Positions 29,847-38,681 of a DNA stretch of 64,000 nt are shown piece after piece. Position numbers and translations under genes: made by a program. Where the stretch lies: IMG/VR virus record IMGVR_UViG_3300019776_000194, positions 20,395 through 84,394 of that record; one strand, 5' to 3'. The stretch comes from a virus. The notes under the pieces were generated by a model that was not told where the DNA came from, did not search any database, and saw only the letters and a program-made list of their open reading frames with translations. The stretch's first letter is position 1. The number at the start of each line of letters is the position of its first letter.

Positions 29847-30878
29847 TTAGTTACTTGTGTAAACACGAACTACTGCTTGTGGACGGAGCAATGCTGAAAT
29901 GTGATTTGACTCAGTCTCAATATTGATCTTAGTGCCGTCTTGTGATGCTTGTTGGAATGCATACATCTTTTCACCAGCAGTGTTAACGAGTCCAAAACGT
30001 TCTGCAGGAGCAAAGTAGGTCTTAAACATATCAGAACCAGTTGGAACTGCAACACCTTCAGAAGCTGTCACAATCTTAGTGCCATTGTAACTATCACGAA
30101 CTTCTTTGAAAGTCAAACCACCGAAGAAGAATTCACGACCATTTGGCAATGGGCTACCACCTGCTGCTAAACGGCTACGCATTGGGTCTAAACCAGCTTG
30201 AATAGATGTGAATGAGCGATAAGCATCTTTAACCAGTGGATGAATAATCAAAGCATTGAAGAATGCTGTGTCACATGGTACAACAATACCATTATAATTT
30301 TCACCAGCCATACCGTCATAGATAGCAGCGATTACTAACTCAATTTTTGCCAAGATTTCTGTAGTAGTTGTACCTAATACAAAGTCAACAGCAGTACGAG
30401 AAACACCAAACTCAGTATTCCAGTTTTGAGAGATTGTGCCATTTGGAGCATATGCGGTTGCAGAGAACAACGCCTGAGCACGGGCTTTATTCAATGTCCA
30501 ATCATGATTCTGACGCAAACGTTCCAACTTGCGCATTTGAACTTTTTGCAATTGTTCAACTTCATTGAAGTTGTCGTAAGCAGACTTGTTTTGCAAGTCT
30601 TTTGGTGTAATGTAGTCATCTTGTGGGAAGTGACCTACATTAAAAGAATGCAACTTACGAGTTCCATCTTTACTTACAGTGTTTTTCTCACCACGTACAC
30701 GGTCAACAATTAATGCGCCGTTTTGAGTGGTTTCTTCAAATACAACAACGTCAGAAGCAACACCTTCTTCTGCAAAAATACCCATGGTATTGAAAGTACC
30801 ATACTGGATAGGGAGGTTACGAACAGCAGACGTTAAATCAACTACGTCAAAGTTATTTAATGGGCTACGAATTAGCAT
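29847..30878 (-). CDS. Major capsid protein (lambda gpE-like family)
   Basis: DLT.A..LP, HFPQDD.ITP.DLQ, YFAPA...VNT.G and ETESN...RPQ motifs; follows the decoration protein. Confidence 0.9.
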   Translation of the reverse strand: MLIRSPLNNFDVVDLTSAVRNLPIQYGTFNTMGIFAEEGVASDVVVFEETTQNGALIVDRVRGEKNTVSKDGTRKLHSFNVGHFPQDDYITPKDLQNKSAYDNFNEVEQLQKVQMRKLERLRQNHDWTLNKARAQALFSATAYAPNGTISQNWNTEFGVSRTAVDFVLGTTTTEILAKIELVIAAIYDGMAGENYNGIVVPCDTAFFNALIIHPLVKDAYRSFTSIQAGLDPMRSRLAAGGSPLPNGREFFFGGLTFKEVRDSYNGTKIVTASEGVAVPTGSDMFKTYFAPAERFGLVNTAGEKMYAFQQASQDGTKINIETESNHISALLRPQAVVRVYTSN

Positions 30879-30902
30879 TATATATTTCCTTTATTATTTA
30901 AA

Positions 30903-31598
30903 TTAGTATTGAGCCAAAACGTCAATTCGTTGAGCTTCCAATTGTGCTTTGATATCTGCACGTTCAGCGTCTGTATCAACAGATGCACCATATGTCAGAG
31001 CAGAGTCTGCAACTGCACAATCACGATACAATACGAGAGCTTTAACGTCAGTGTTAGCTGCTGCAACAACAGAAACTGGAGCGCCTGTAGCATCACCTAC
31101 CAAAACAACTTTAGCAACTTCAGTGCCATCTGTAGCAGTAGCTTCTACCAATTTGTACTTAACAGTACCAGTAACTGTAATTGGAATTGAATCACCAGCA
31201 ACGAAATCTGTAGCACCGTCAGCTAATGTAAATGCGAAACCAGCTTGGTTGAATGCTGTAGCAACTTGACCTACACCAACAACTTTACCTTGTGGGTCGA
31301 GCAATGCGAAATCACCTGCATTAGCAACTGTTTTAGTAATTTTTACAGTGTACTTACCTAATTGCATATTAGCATTAGAAGTCAGAGTAATAGTACCCAT
31401 AACACCATTACCAGTACCTACTGTTGCACCTGCTGTACCTACTGGAGATGCGATGAAAGAGCCTAATACAGAGCCAATTGGCAATGTAGCTGCTGCTTGG
31501 TTAATTGTTACAACTTTCTTAGCTTTACCCCAAGAGATACCTTCTTCTTGTTTTACTACGTTTGAGTAGTGTTGTGTTTCCTGTGCTATAATAGCCAT
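30903..31598 (-). CDS. Head decoration protein
   Basis: GSVLG...ATDGTEVA..VL pattern with an inserted Ig-like segment (ADGATDFVAGDSI); just upstream of the capsid gene. Confidence 0.75.
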   Translation of the reverse strand: MAIIAQETQHYSNVVKQEEGISWGKAKKVVTINQAAATLPIGSVLGSFIASPVGTAGATVGTGNGVMGTITLTSNANMQLGKYTVKITKTVANAGDFALLDPQGKVVGVGQVATAFNQAGFAFTLADGATDFVAGDSIPITVTGTVKYKLVEATATDGTEVAKVVLVGDATGAPVSVVAAANTDVKALVLYRDCAVADSALTYGASVDTDAERADIKAQLEAQRIDVLAQY

Positions 31599-31666
31599 AT
31601 TTATTTCCTTTTAATTAGTTGTGGCAGATTGCCATTTTATTGAAGGCTTATATCCAGATGTTCTGG

Positions 31667-32392
31667 TCAAAGCTTACTGCTGAATACAAGCCAATCTTCA
31701 TCCTCAAGAGGATTCCAACCTGCTTTGATATTTTTATAAATCACAGCTAACTTAGAGTAAGTTGTATCAAACTCTTTTGCTAGTTTTCTGCTTCCAATCG
31801 TGTTATCTTGGGTGATTCTGTTAAATACTTTGTCAGCAATCTTCCAAACTTCGATTGATGCATTGGGTTTATTCCAAGGCTTTATTAGTCTATTAGCTTC
31901 TGAAGCTTTTGAAATGTTTATTGAATTATCCCTCTTCTTAGCTAGATTACTCATCAACTTTAAAGTTTCCTCTGAGTGCTTGTAATTTCTAGCAAGGGAT
32001 GCTACACTCATGCGAATCTTTGTCTCTTCAGATGCAACCCTACCTTTTTGAGACTTAGACATTTTCGCCCTAGACTCGGCAGAGAAAACTCTACCTCTGT
32101 TTATCTCAGTCCCACCAATAGATACGTTATATCCAATACTAGGAGTTGGTCTAAGTTTATACTCTAGCTCTAGACAATACTCATAATCAGCTTGAACAAT
32201 AGTGTCACAAACAATGTCGTCACCGTACTTTCTCATTGCATTATGTACTGGAAGATTGCTACCGCTTCTAACTGCATGTAAGTGTTGGGTAAATCGAGTA
32301 CGTGCTCCTTTACAGGAAATACCGATGTACCCTTCATTAAACATATCTGTTTGCGTCTTAGAGTGAATCCAATAAACACAGCTTTTATTCAT
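31667..32392 (-). CDS. Free-standing GIY-YIG homing endonuclease with NUMOD3 repeats
   Basis: VYWIH...GYIG, R..QH, GYN..GG, then SAESRAKMS / SEETK..MS repeats; likely start MNKSCV at 32392. Confidence 0.85.
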   Translation of the reverse strand: MNKSCVYWIHSKTQTDMFNEGYIGISCKGARTRFTQHLHAVRSGSNLPVHNAMRKYGDDIVCDTIVQADYEYCLELEYKLRPTPSIGYNVSIGGTEINRGRVFSAESRAKMSKSQKGRVASEETKIRMSVASLARNYKHSEETLKLMSNLAKKRDNSINISKASEANRLIKPWNKPNASIEVWKIADKVFNRITQDNTIGSRKLAKEFDTTYSKLAVIYKNIKAGWNPLEDEDWLVFSSKL

Positions 32393-32393
32393 A

Positions 32394-32909
32394 TTACTTA
32401 GCAGAGTATTTCTCTGCAAATGCTTTTTCTAAGGACTGAACTTGATCTAACTCAACAACGTTCGCTTCTGCTGCCACGCCAGTTTCTTGAAACAGGGGGC
32501 TAGAAGCCTCTGTCGCTAATGCTGTTGCTTTCGCATCAACAATAAGGTTGAATGTAGCGTCATCTAAAGACTCTGTAGCAGCCATTAAAGCTTCTGCTTT
32601 TTCGTCCCCTACAAATGCTACAATACGTTCTTTACGTGCTGTCATTTTTGCAGTATGAGCATCTACTTCCAATTGTTTCTTAGCTGCGTCTGCTGCTGTT
32701 AAAGCTGCTTGAGCTACTTCTAATTGGGATGTCAGTTCTGCAAAAGAAGCTTCCAAAGAAGCATACTTAGTTGACAGTTCTGAGAATTGAGCTACTTGAG
32801 CTTCAAGAGTTGTTTTGGTAGTAGTGAGTTCAGTAGCAAGCTCTGCTGCAGACATCTCCACATCACCTTCTTTTTCTTTGTTCATGAGTTTTTGAATACC
32901 TTTTAGCAT
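32394..32909 (-). CDS. Capsid scaffolding protein
   Basis: Ala/Glu-rich coiled coil between the protease and decoration/capsid genes. Confidence 0.7.
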   Translation of the reverse strand: MLKGIQKLMNKEKEGDVEMSAAELATELTTTKTTLEAQVAQFSELSTKYASLEASFAELTSQLEVAQAALTAADAAKKQLEVDAHTAKMTARKERIVAFVGDEKAEALMAATESLDDATFNLIVDAKATALATEASSPLFQETGVAAEANVVELDQVQSLEKAFAEKYSAK

Positions 32910-33781
32910 TACATGGTTCCTTTTTGTTTATCTACTACATATTTGACAAATTCTTTATTTGTCATAATTCCTGTTACTAATCCGTTTGATAACGAGTCTT
33001 CTGCATCAAACACCTCTGCTTCAAAACCTTTAATATCAGATATTGAAAGTCCTGTATACTTTGCTACGTGGTCTGTAAACTCATTGTTAAGTTTGTCTAC
33101 TGATTTCTGCAAACTTTCCAAGAAGCTCTTCTTAAATGCCCCTGTCTCATCGAATGGGACTTTGTTTTCGCCAGAAGTAATATAAATACGTTTATATCCT
33201 TCCATCTCCATTGCCTTAGAAGTATCAAGCAGGGAAATTACGCAACCAATTGAACCACTAGAAGCCGAAGGATTAATGTAAAGCTCATCACAAACAGCAG
33301 CAATCGCATACGCAGCAGAACAAGCCATTGTGTCAATGTACCCAAGTAAAGTCACACCTTCTTCGTCACACATCTTGCGAATTTCTTCTACCGTTTCAAA
33401 TACATGTGAAGCTTCCCCACCTCCTGAGGAGAAATTCATGATGATTGTTGTAGCACCATCTTCAATCGCACTTTCAACATCGTCTTGGAGTGATTGATAA
33501 CTTGTACCAACCTCTCCACATATTGTCTCTACTGGTTTGTAAGTTAAAGTCCCACAAACATCAATCACCACAATAGGAAGTGGACTTTCATCAAAATCAT
33601 CCATATCATCAGGTGTATCTTCCTCTTCTGGAGAATCATCTCCCATAGGAATTAGCATCTGTATACCCTTAGAATTACGAGCCTCTAAGTAATCTAAAAT
33701 AACATCAAACGCCTGAGTTGTGATAAGATGGGGTGTATTATGTATTTTTGTCGAGAGCCTTAAGAGGCTATGTTTTGGCAT
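32909..33781 (-). CDS. Prohead protease, peptidase S49 family
   Basis: SSGGG, ACSAAYAIA, GSIG and SGENK motifs. Confidence 0.9.
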   Translation of the reverse strand: MPKHSLLRLSTKIHNTPHLITTQAFDVILDYLEARNSKGIQMLIPMGDDSPEEEDTPDDMDDFDESPLPIVVIDVCGTLTYKPVETICGEVGTSYQSLQDDVESAIEDGATTIIMNFSSGGGEASHVFETVEEIRKMCDEEGVTLLGYIDTMACSAAYAIAAVCDELYINPSASSGSIGCVISLLDTSKAMEMEGYKRIYITSGENKVPFDETGAFKKSFLESLQKSVDKLNNEFTDHVAKYTGLSISDIKGFEAEVFDAEDSLSNGLVTGIMTNKEFVKYVVDKQKGTM

Positions 33782-34464
33782 GAAGCCTCCTTATAATTAT
33801 CTAACCAAACAGAATAACAGTTATCTTCACTAGGATTCCAACCTGATTTTATTTTGTTTACAACTTTCATAGCAGAGTCGGGCGTTATGCCGAATTCTTT
33901 TGCCACTGAGCGTCTTCCAATAACTTCACCCTTTGAAAACTTTGCGTAAATATCTAAAGCCAAAGACCAACAATATTTATTAGAGTGAGGATGCTCCCAA
34001 GGATTCTCAAAAGTCATGACAGCCTTACCAATTACTCTCATTCTGGCTAAGTGTTCCTCAGCTACTTTTCTTCCAGTTCTTTTACTGGCAGATTTTTGAA
34101 TAGCATCTGCTGACATTTTCTTGCCAGTATTTATAACCCTCAACTTTTCAACAGCTTCTTTAGAAAGTTTCCTTCCCTCATTCCTAGACTCACCTCCAGC
34201 ACATATATTCCATGCAATATTAGGTTTACTTCGATAAGCCCATTCTAATAAGTTACAGAATTCTGAGTCATCCTCTGCTAAAATAGTCACTTTAAAGTCG
34301 GGATGTTTTCTCATAGCATTATAAAGCGTATTTTTACAACCTTTTCTAAGCATGTGCATGTGACCGCTCATCCTTTTATTTAAAGACCTAGTAGTAACAC
34401 CTATATAGCCTTGAGTTTTTGGGTTAGTGTGATCTGGACTATGAATCCAATATAAAATTGCCAT
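33760..34464 (-). CDS. Free-standing GIY-YIG homing endonuclease
   Basis: LYWIH...GYIGVTT, R..H, WN..GG; paralog of 31667-32392. Confidence 0.85.
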   Translation of the reverse strand: MAILYWIHSPDHTNPKTQGYIGVTTRSLNKRMSGHMHMLRKGCKNTLYNAMRKHPDFKVTILAEDDSEFCNLLEWAYRSKPNIAWNICAGGESRNEGRKLSKEAVEKLRVINTGKKMSADAIQKSASKRTGRKVAEEHLARMRVIGKAVMTFENPWEHPHSNKYCWSLALDIYAKFSKGEVIGRRSVAKEFGITPDSAMKVVNKIKSGWNPSEDNCYSVWLDNYKEASCQNIAS

Positions 34465-34467
34465 TCA

Positions 34468-35979
34468 TCACCCCTTATTGTTAGCATTTTGTGCCGAATT
34501 GTCTTTTCCACCTTTATTAGATGTACTCGTACCACCATTGACAAGACCTGTCCCAACTGCCATACCCTCTGCGGAACTAGATGATTTACCTGCCAATGTG
34601 GTAGATAGGTTATCAACGTCTACTGGTGCGTTTTCATCTAAAAGTTTGAATCCACCAATTTCACGAATCTTATTCAATACGTCGCGGGTAACTTCTATAC
34701 CACCAACACTGAACACACGTTGCACAAACTTGGAGAACTCTTCTAAACTTGTAGAACTGACATCTTTAAATTTAATTTGTGGAAGCTCTGCTAAGTCCCA
34801 TCCGTTTAATGACCACAACTGCTGTACTAAATCCTTGTTCAATGCATTTGCAATTTCACCTAGTCTGTAACTAACAGCCATTGCTAGTAAATTTGTGTCA
34901 CCATCCTGTAAACTCAACGACCCAGCAGTATCACTACCCATCTTGACAGCATCACATGACAACACAGACAAAATATTTGCTTGCAATGTCTTAATGATTT
35001 CGAGTACATTATAGGCTTTACCGCCTTTGGACTCTAACAGTGATACATTGAATAGTTTGCCTTTAGTATCAGGGTCATAAGCCATTGGGAATACAATTCC
35101 TCGTTGCTGACCACTTGCTAAGTCATCTACTATCTTACGGCAAACCTCGTACATTGCTTTTTGGTCATCGGATGCGTCTGGAGCCATGTACTGCGGAGGA
35201 ATCTCTAATAGCGGGAGTCCTTGTGTATCTTTGGCAACACCTGTCATCATATTATCTGTAAGCAATGTTAGTTGCTTATAAGCTAAATATGCTGCTTTCA
35301 GGATGCTGTTACCTTCTGGATTACCATTCGTAGGGTCTACGTTGAATAGGATGAATTTCTCACGAGGGATTTTAATTAGACCATTCTCGTCCATGAGGTT
35401 AGAGAATCTATACCCATTTTCTAAGTTAGCTAGTGACTGAGATACACCGATAAGTTCTCTACCATCTTCTGAGAAGTTCCACTTTTCAATAGTAGCTTGA
35501 GGTCGTGTGCGTAATGCTTTAATACCTACAAGTCCATCGTTATACTTACTTCCGTTAGAACGTAAACGTCTGCGGTAGATTTTCTCTGAAATATGAAAGC
35601 CATATTCTAATACAGGGAAAGTGTTCTGCAATGTTTGCTGGAAAGTGTCTTCCATATCGTGCAGACAAGAATGTAAGAACTTCGCTCGTTCTCTATGCTT
35701 AGGACTATCATCAAAAGGCTCTACATACATTTCTGCACGATTCATGAGCATTCTGATAGCATTCATCCCGATAGCCACGGGAGGTGACAACCTCATTTCA
35801 TCTACTACTTTGATCCTTGCTGGCATACGAAAAGCTTGATTAGCTTCTTCGTAAATTCTGCCATTAGAAGTTTTTATTACGTTAAATCCTTGCGCACCTA
35901 ACTTAATACGTGGTATAATAGTGCCACTGTCAGGTTGCAGAGCTGTTGAAACGCCATCAGGCGAGTTCGCTTCTGGCAT
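34468..35979 (-). CDS. Portal protein
   Basis: 503 aa between terminase and protease; YGF...EKIY and NPEG.S.L motifs. Confidence 0.85.
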   Translation of the reverse strand: MPEANSPDGVSTALQPDSGTIIPRIKLGAQGFNVIKTSNGRIYEEANQAFRMPARIKVVDEMRLSPPVAIGMNAIRMLMNRAEMYVEPFDDSPKHRERAKFLHSCLHDMEDTFQQTLQNTFPVLEYGFHISEKIYRRRLRSNGSKYNDGLVGIKALRTRPQATIEKWNFSEDGRELIGVSQSLANLENGYRFSNLMDENGLIKIPREKFILFNVDPTNGNPEGNSILKAAYLAYKQLTLLTDNMMTGVAKDTQGLPLLEIPPQYMAPDASDDQKAMYEVCRKIVDDLASGQQRGIVFPMAYDPDTKGKLFNVSLLESKGGKAYNVLEIIKTLQANILSVLSCDAVKMGSDTAGSLSLQDGDTNLLAMAVSYRLGEIANALNKDLVQQLWSLNGWDLAELPQIKFKDVSSTSLEEFSKFVQRVFSVGGIEVTRDVLNKIREIGGFKLLDENAPVDVDNLSTTLAGKSSSSAEGMAVGTGLVNGGTSTSNKGGKDNSAQNANNKG

Positions 35980-36020
35980 GTTTATTGCTCCTTGTAATGC
36001 TTATTATGTTTATGGTCGTA

Positions 36021-36049
36021 ATTATACCACAAAAGTGTCTTGTTGTCAA
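36021..36049 (-). promoter_or_regulatory. Consensus sigma70 promoter for the portal/head operon
   Basis: TTGACA-17 bp-TATAAT with extended -10 TG. Confidence 0.8.
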
Positions 36050-36067
36050 GATGTTTCTGTAGTATGA

Positions 36068-37739
36068 TTATATAGTTGGTATTGGGGATGGTCTAGTAAA
36101 GGACGGTAAACTGAAGGTCGGAAGTGTGTGGGTTCGCATCAACGCCTTACATGCCGTACCAGTTGCGTCCCAATAATCGTCCTTCTGCTGTCGCTTTCCA
36201 TCTACAAAATCTTCTAATTCTGATAACAGTGGCTCAGTATCCCAACTTCCATCATCTAGAATTTTGACAAAACCTGCCTCAGCTAATGTCAAGAATGGCT
36301 GCATTCTGTGTAGTTTACTTTTTGTACCGCCAGACTTATCAATTCTTGCATCGACACCAGCTTCAATTAATGTCTTAACAAAAAACATAGTGGCTGCTTT
36401 AGCTGCTACACCTACGTCTTCAGGTAAGTACACTGCAGGTGAATGTCCTATAGCCTTATCTCTACGGTCTGTTTCTGCAATGTGTTCCATTACACCGTTA
36501 ATTAGAGACCTGTATCGTTCTCCGTGATGGATAATGTAATAGCCCGATTTTGTCTTAGACATCATTACAGATGCAGTCCAGTCAGGGTCTGGATAAGCTT
36601 CAGAAGGTAAACTACCTGCAATATCCATACCACGAACTGTTGCTACAATGTCATCAGGAAGTTCTGTAATTACTTCGCACCAATCTCTTTTAAAAAATCC
36701 TCTTGACTCTTCTTTCGCATGCCACGACCCTAAGTAGAGACGTTCACGTTCAGTGCGCTTCAAGTTCTCCAAACGAGCTACGTAGTTTGGATTCAAGATT
36801 TTCATGATGGGGTTATCTTTAACCGTAGCAGAAATATAAGTATATGTTTGAGCTTGGATTTTATCTCCATACTTCTCAATCAACTCTTCTTTTGTATCTG
36901 CTGTTACTGTCACACCGCCATAAGTAGCGTAGTATCTCTCTTTACCAGACAATTCAGGAATGGGAATACCTGTTTCCATATCTAAATACGGCTGTACGAA
37001 TTGGTAAAGGTAGGAGGCTCTTGATGGGTTAGCTGTACAGATAAGTTGGTGAGGAGCTTGTGCTTTAGAGCGAATACGAGACTCTAGGTATTTGATTTGA
37101 GTTTCACTATGCCATTGAGCTTCATCGAAACAAACTAGTGAGAATTGCCCACCGTCAAAGTTGTTAATATCCCTATCTGCTTGACACACTTTAAACTGCA
37201 CTTGTGCTCCACTTGGGAATGTGGCTGTCATCTGTGGATGTGTCTTAAACTTTGCTCCGTAATCTTTCCACATATCTTGTGCTTCCATGAACAAACCACC
37301 AGCTTGTGAAAGCTGTGTGGATGTCTCACGAATGAATACACCTCTAAAATATGGGTCGTGAATGTATTTTAGAATTAACATTAACGCTTGGTGCGATTTG
37401 CCAGAACCTGCCATCTGACGTATTCAAAAGGGGTCGTTACACCCTTCCCGCTTTATTCAAGCTGCTGAAAGTCGCCTTTCAGATTAGACTATATCTTCTG
37501 ACTCCCCTGTTTCCACTCACTTGAGTGTACGGCTTTCGCCTAGTCGTTGAACCTTCCTGCAAACAGGCTTGGCTGCGGATTGTCTCTGTGAGAGTTTCCC
37601 GCAATTGAAGGGATGTTTTTAACGTGGAGGCACAGGATTATCTACCACCACCGAATATCACGAAATTAGACTTGCAATTCAGAAACTTCCTGTGAGCTTC
37701 TGAAGCAGGTGCTAATACTTTACGTTCTTTTTTGCTCAT
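36068..37739 (-). CDS. terL: Terminase large subunit, spliced (exon 1 37739-37644, exon 2 37411-36068; 479 aa)
   Basis: Exon 1 MSKKERKVLAP...VIFGGG with AAGGAG SD joins in frame to AGSGKS (Walker A); FDEA Walker B, TANP, and RNase H-like GMDIA...DWTA...DDYWD. Confidence 0.92.
37412..37643 (-). ncRNA. Group I self-splicing intron (IA2-like, ORF-less, 232 nt) in terL
   Basis: P AAUUGCGGGAAA (37595-37606), Q AAUCCGCAGC (37572-37581), R GUUCAACGACUA (37541-37552), S AAGAUAUAGUCU (37486-37497); P1 with U.G wobble at the 5' splice site; P10; terminal G; P7.1 and P7.2 hairpins. Confidence 0.93.
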
Positions 37740-37826
37740 TTTACTCCTTTAAATTCTGATAGCACACCACACTAACCTTGCTGCTATCTTAGGAGAACAT
37801 ATCTTCTCCTCTCACCTCAAAACAAA

Positions 37827-37920
37827 ATTGCAAACAGAACGGCTCTACAACGTCACAGGAGAAAGCACGAAGGAGGAGAACGTGCCAAGGAGAATGACGG
37901 AGAGCCGTTGTATTTACAAT
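37827..37920 (-). ncRNA. Structured RNA hairpin displaying three UUCUCCU (anti-Shine-Dalgarno) motifs
   Basis: Nested stems AACGGCUCU/AGAGCCGUU, CGUCA/UGACG and GGCACG/CGUGCU; three G.U pairs favour the - strand; loops UUCUCCUU, UUCUCCUCCUU and UUCUCCUG. Confidence 0.6.
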
Positions 37921-37978
37921 CTAAAGAGGTTTATAAGGAACTCCTCAATCCTACACGATGGCTGCAACCTACGAATAT

Positions 37979-38051
37979 TGGATGCGGTCGCCTGACTTGA
38001 ACAGGACTGAAAGCTTATGAGACTTTCGTGCAACCTTTACACTACCCCGCA
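37979..38051 (-). tRNA. tRNA-Met(CAU), atypical or possibly degenerate
   Basis: D arm GTGT/GCAC, anticodon arm AAAGT-CTCATAA-GCTTT, T loop TTCAAGT, 3' CCA; two mismatches at the base of the acceptor stem and a 4-bp T stem. Confidence 0.7.
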
Positions 38052-38142
38052 ATTGTTCTTGCAGACCTCTCATCTACTCGTATGTTTTAATCTAAACATA
38101 TAAAATCAAGGGTTGGCTGATTCCATCCCATATTCTTTACAA

Positions 38143-38517
38143 TTAATCAACTTCAGCGATATTCTCAAAATCTAAAAGTGGTTGACTTTCATCATCTTCA
38201 TCATTATCATCTACAATAATACCGCCATTACGTTGAATACTTAAAAGCAACTCATGATGTTTTGCTGCAAACTCTTTATTCCTAGCTTTCTCAGCAGACT
38301 CAACTTTAATAGACTCCATGTGCATAGTCATAAGAAACTTTGCTGCTTCCATCCTATCTTTCCTACTTGCTGTAGGGTCATCTCTTACAGATACCAAGTA
38401 TGCCATAGATGGTTTATTTTCCTTGTTTAGCAATCGCTTCTGTATAGTAATCGAGTTCTTCTTGCTCTGAACACCTGTCCTTACTATCTCTCCTACTGAA
38501 TTATCTACATCACTCAT
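38143..38517 (-). CDS. Putative terminase small subunit
   Basis: First gene of the late operon, upstream of terL; helical with an acidic tail. Confidence 0.5.
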   Translation of the reverse strand: MSDVDNSVGEIVRTGVQSKKNSITIQKRLLNKENKPSMAYLVSVRDDPTASRKDRMEAAKFLMTMHMESIKVESAEKARNKEFAAKHHELLLSIQRNGGIIVDDNDEDDESQPLLDFENIAEVD

Positions 38518-38549
38518 ACATCTCCTGCTATTATTGTTCTGTTACGCTC

Positions 38550-38578
38550 ATTATACATACAAGATAGTCGTTTGTCAA
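38550..38578 (-). promoter_or_regulatory. Consensus sigma70 promoter for terS-tRNA-terL
   Basis: TTGACA-17 bp-TATAAT. Confidence 0.8.
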
Positions 38579-38620
38579 GCCCCTTGCAAGAATATTAACA
38601 AATTTCTTAGAAGAAAGCAC

Positions 38621-38649
38621 TTGATTTTATTCACTTTGGGTGCTATAGT
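38621..38649 (+). promoter_or_regulatory. Divergent sigma70-type promoter
   Basis: TTGATT-17 bp-TATAGT with extended -10 TG. Confidence 0.6.
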
Positions 38650-38681
38650 TTAATTTCTAGAAATGCTGACAAGGAAATTTA

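Noticed and set aside
31620-34470. GIY-YIG genes as intron-encoded ORFs
   Set aside because: Flanking genes are complete and no P/Q/R/S intron elements flank them; they are free-standing
36068-37414. ORF-track terminase start at 37414 (MAGSGKS)
   Set aside because: The ATG is the last three bases of the group I intron; it lacks an SD and truncates Walker A. The real start is 37739.
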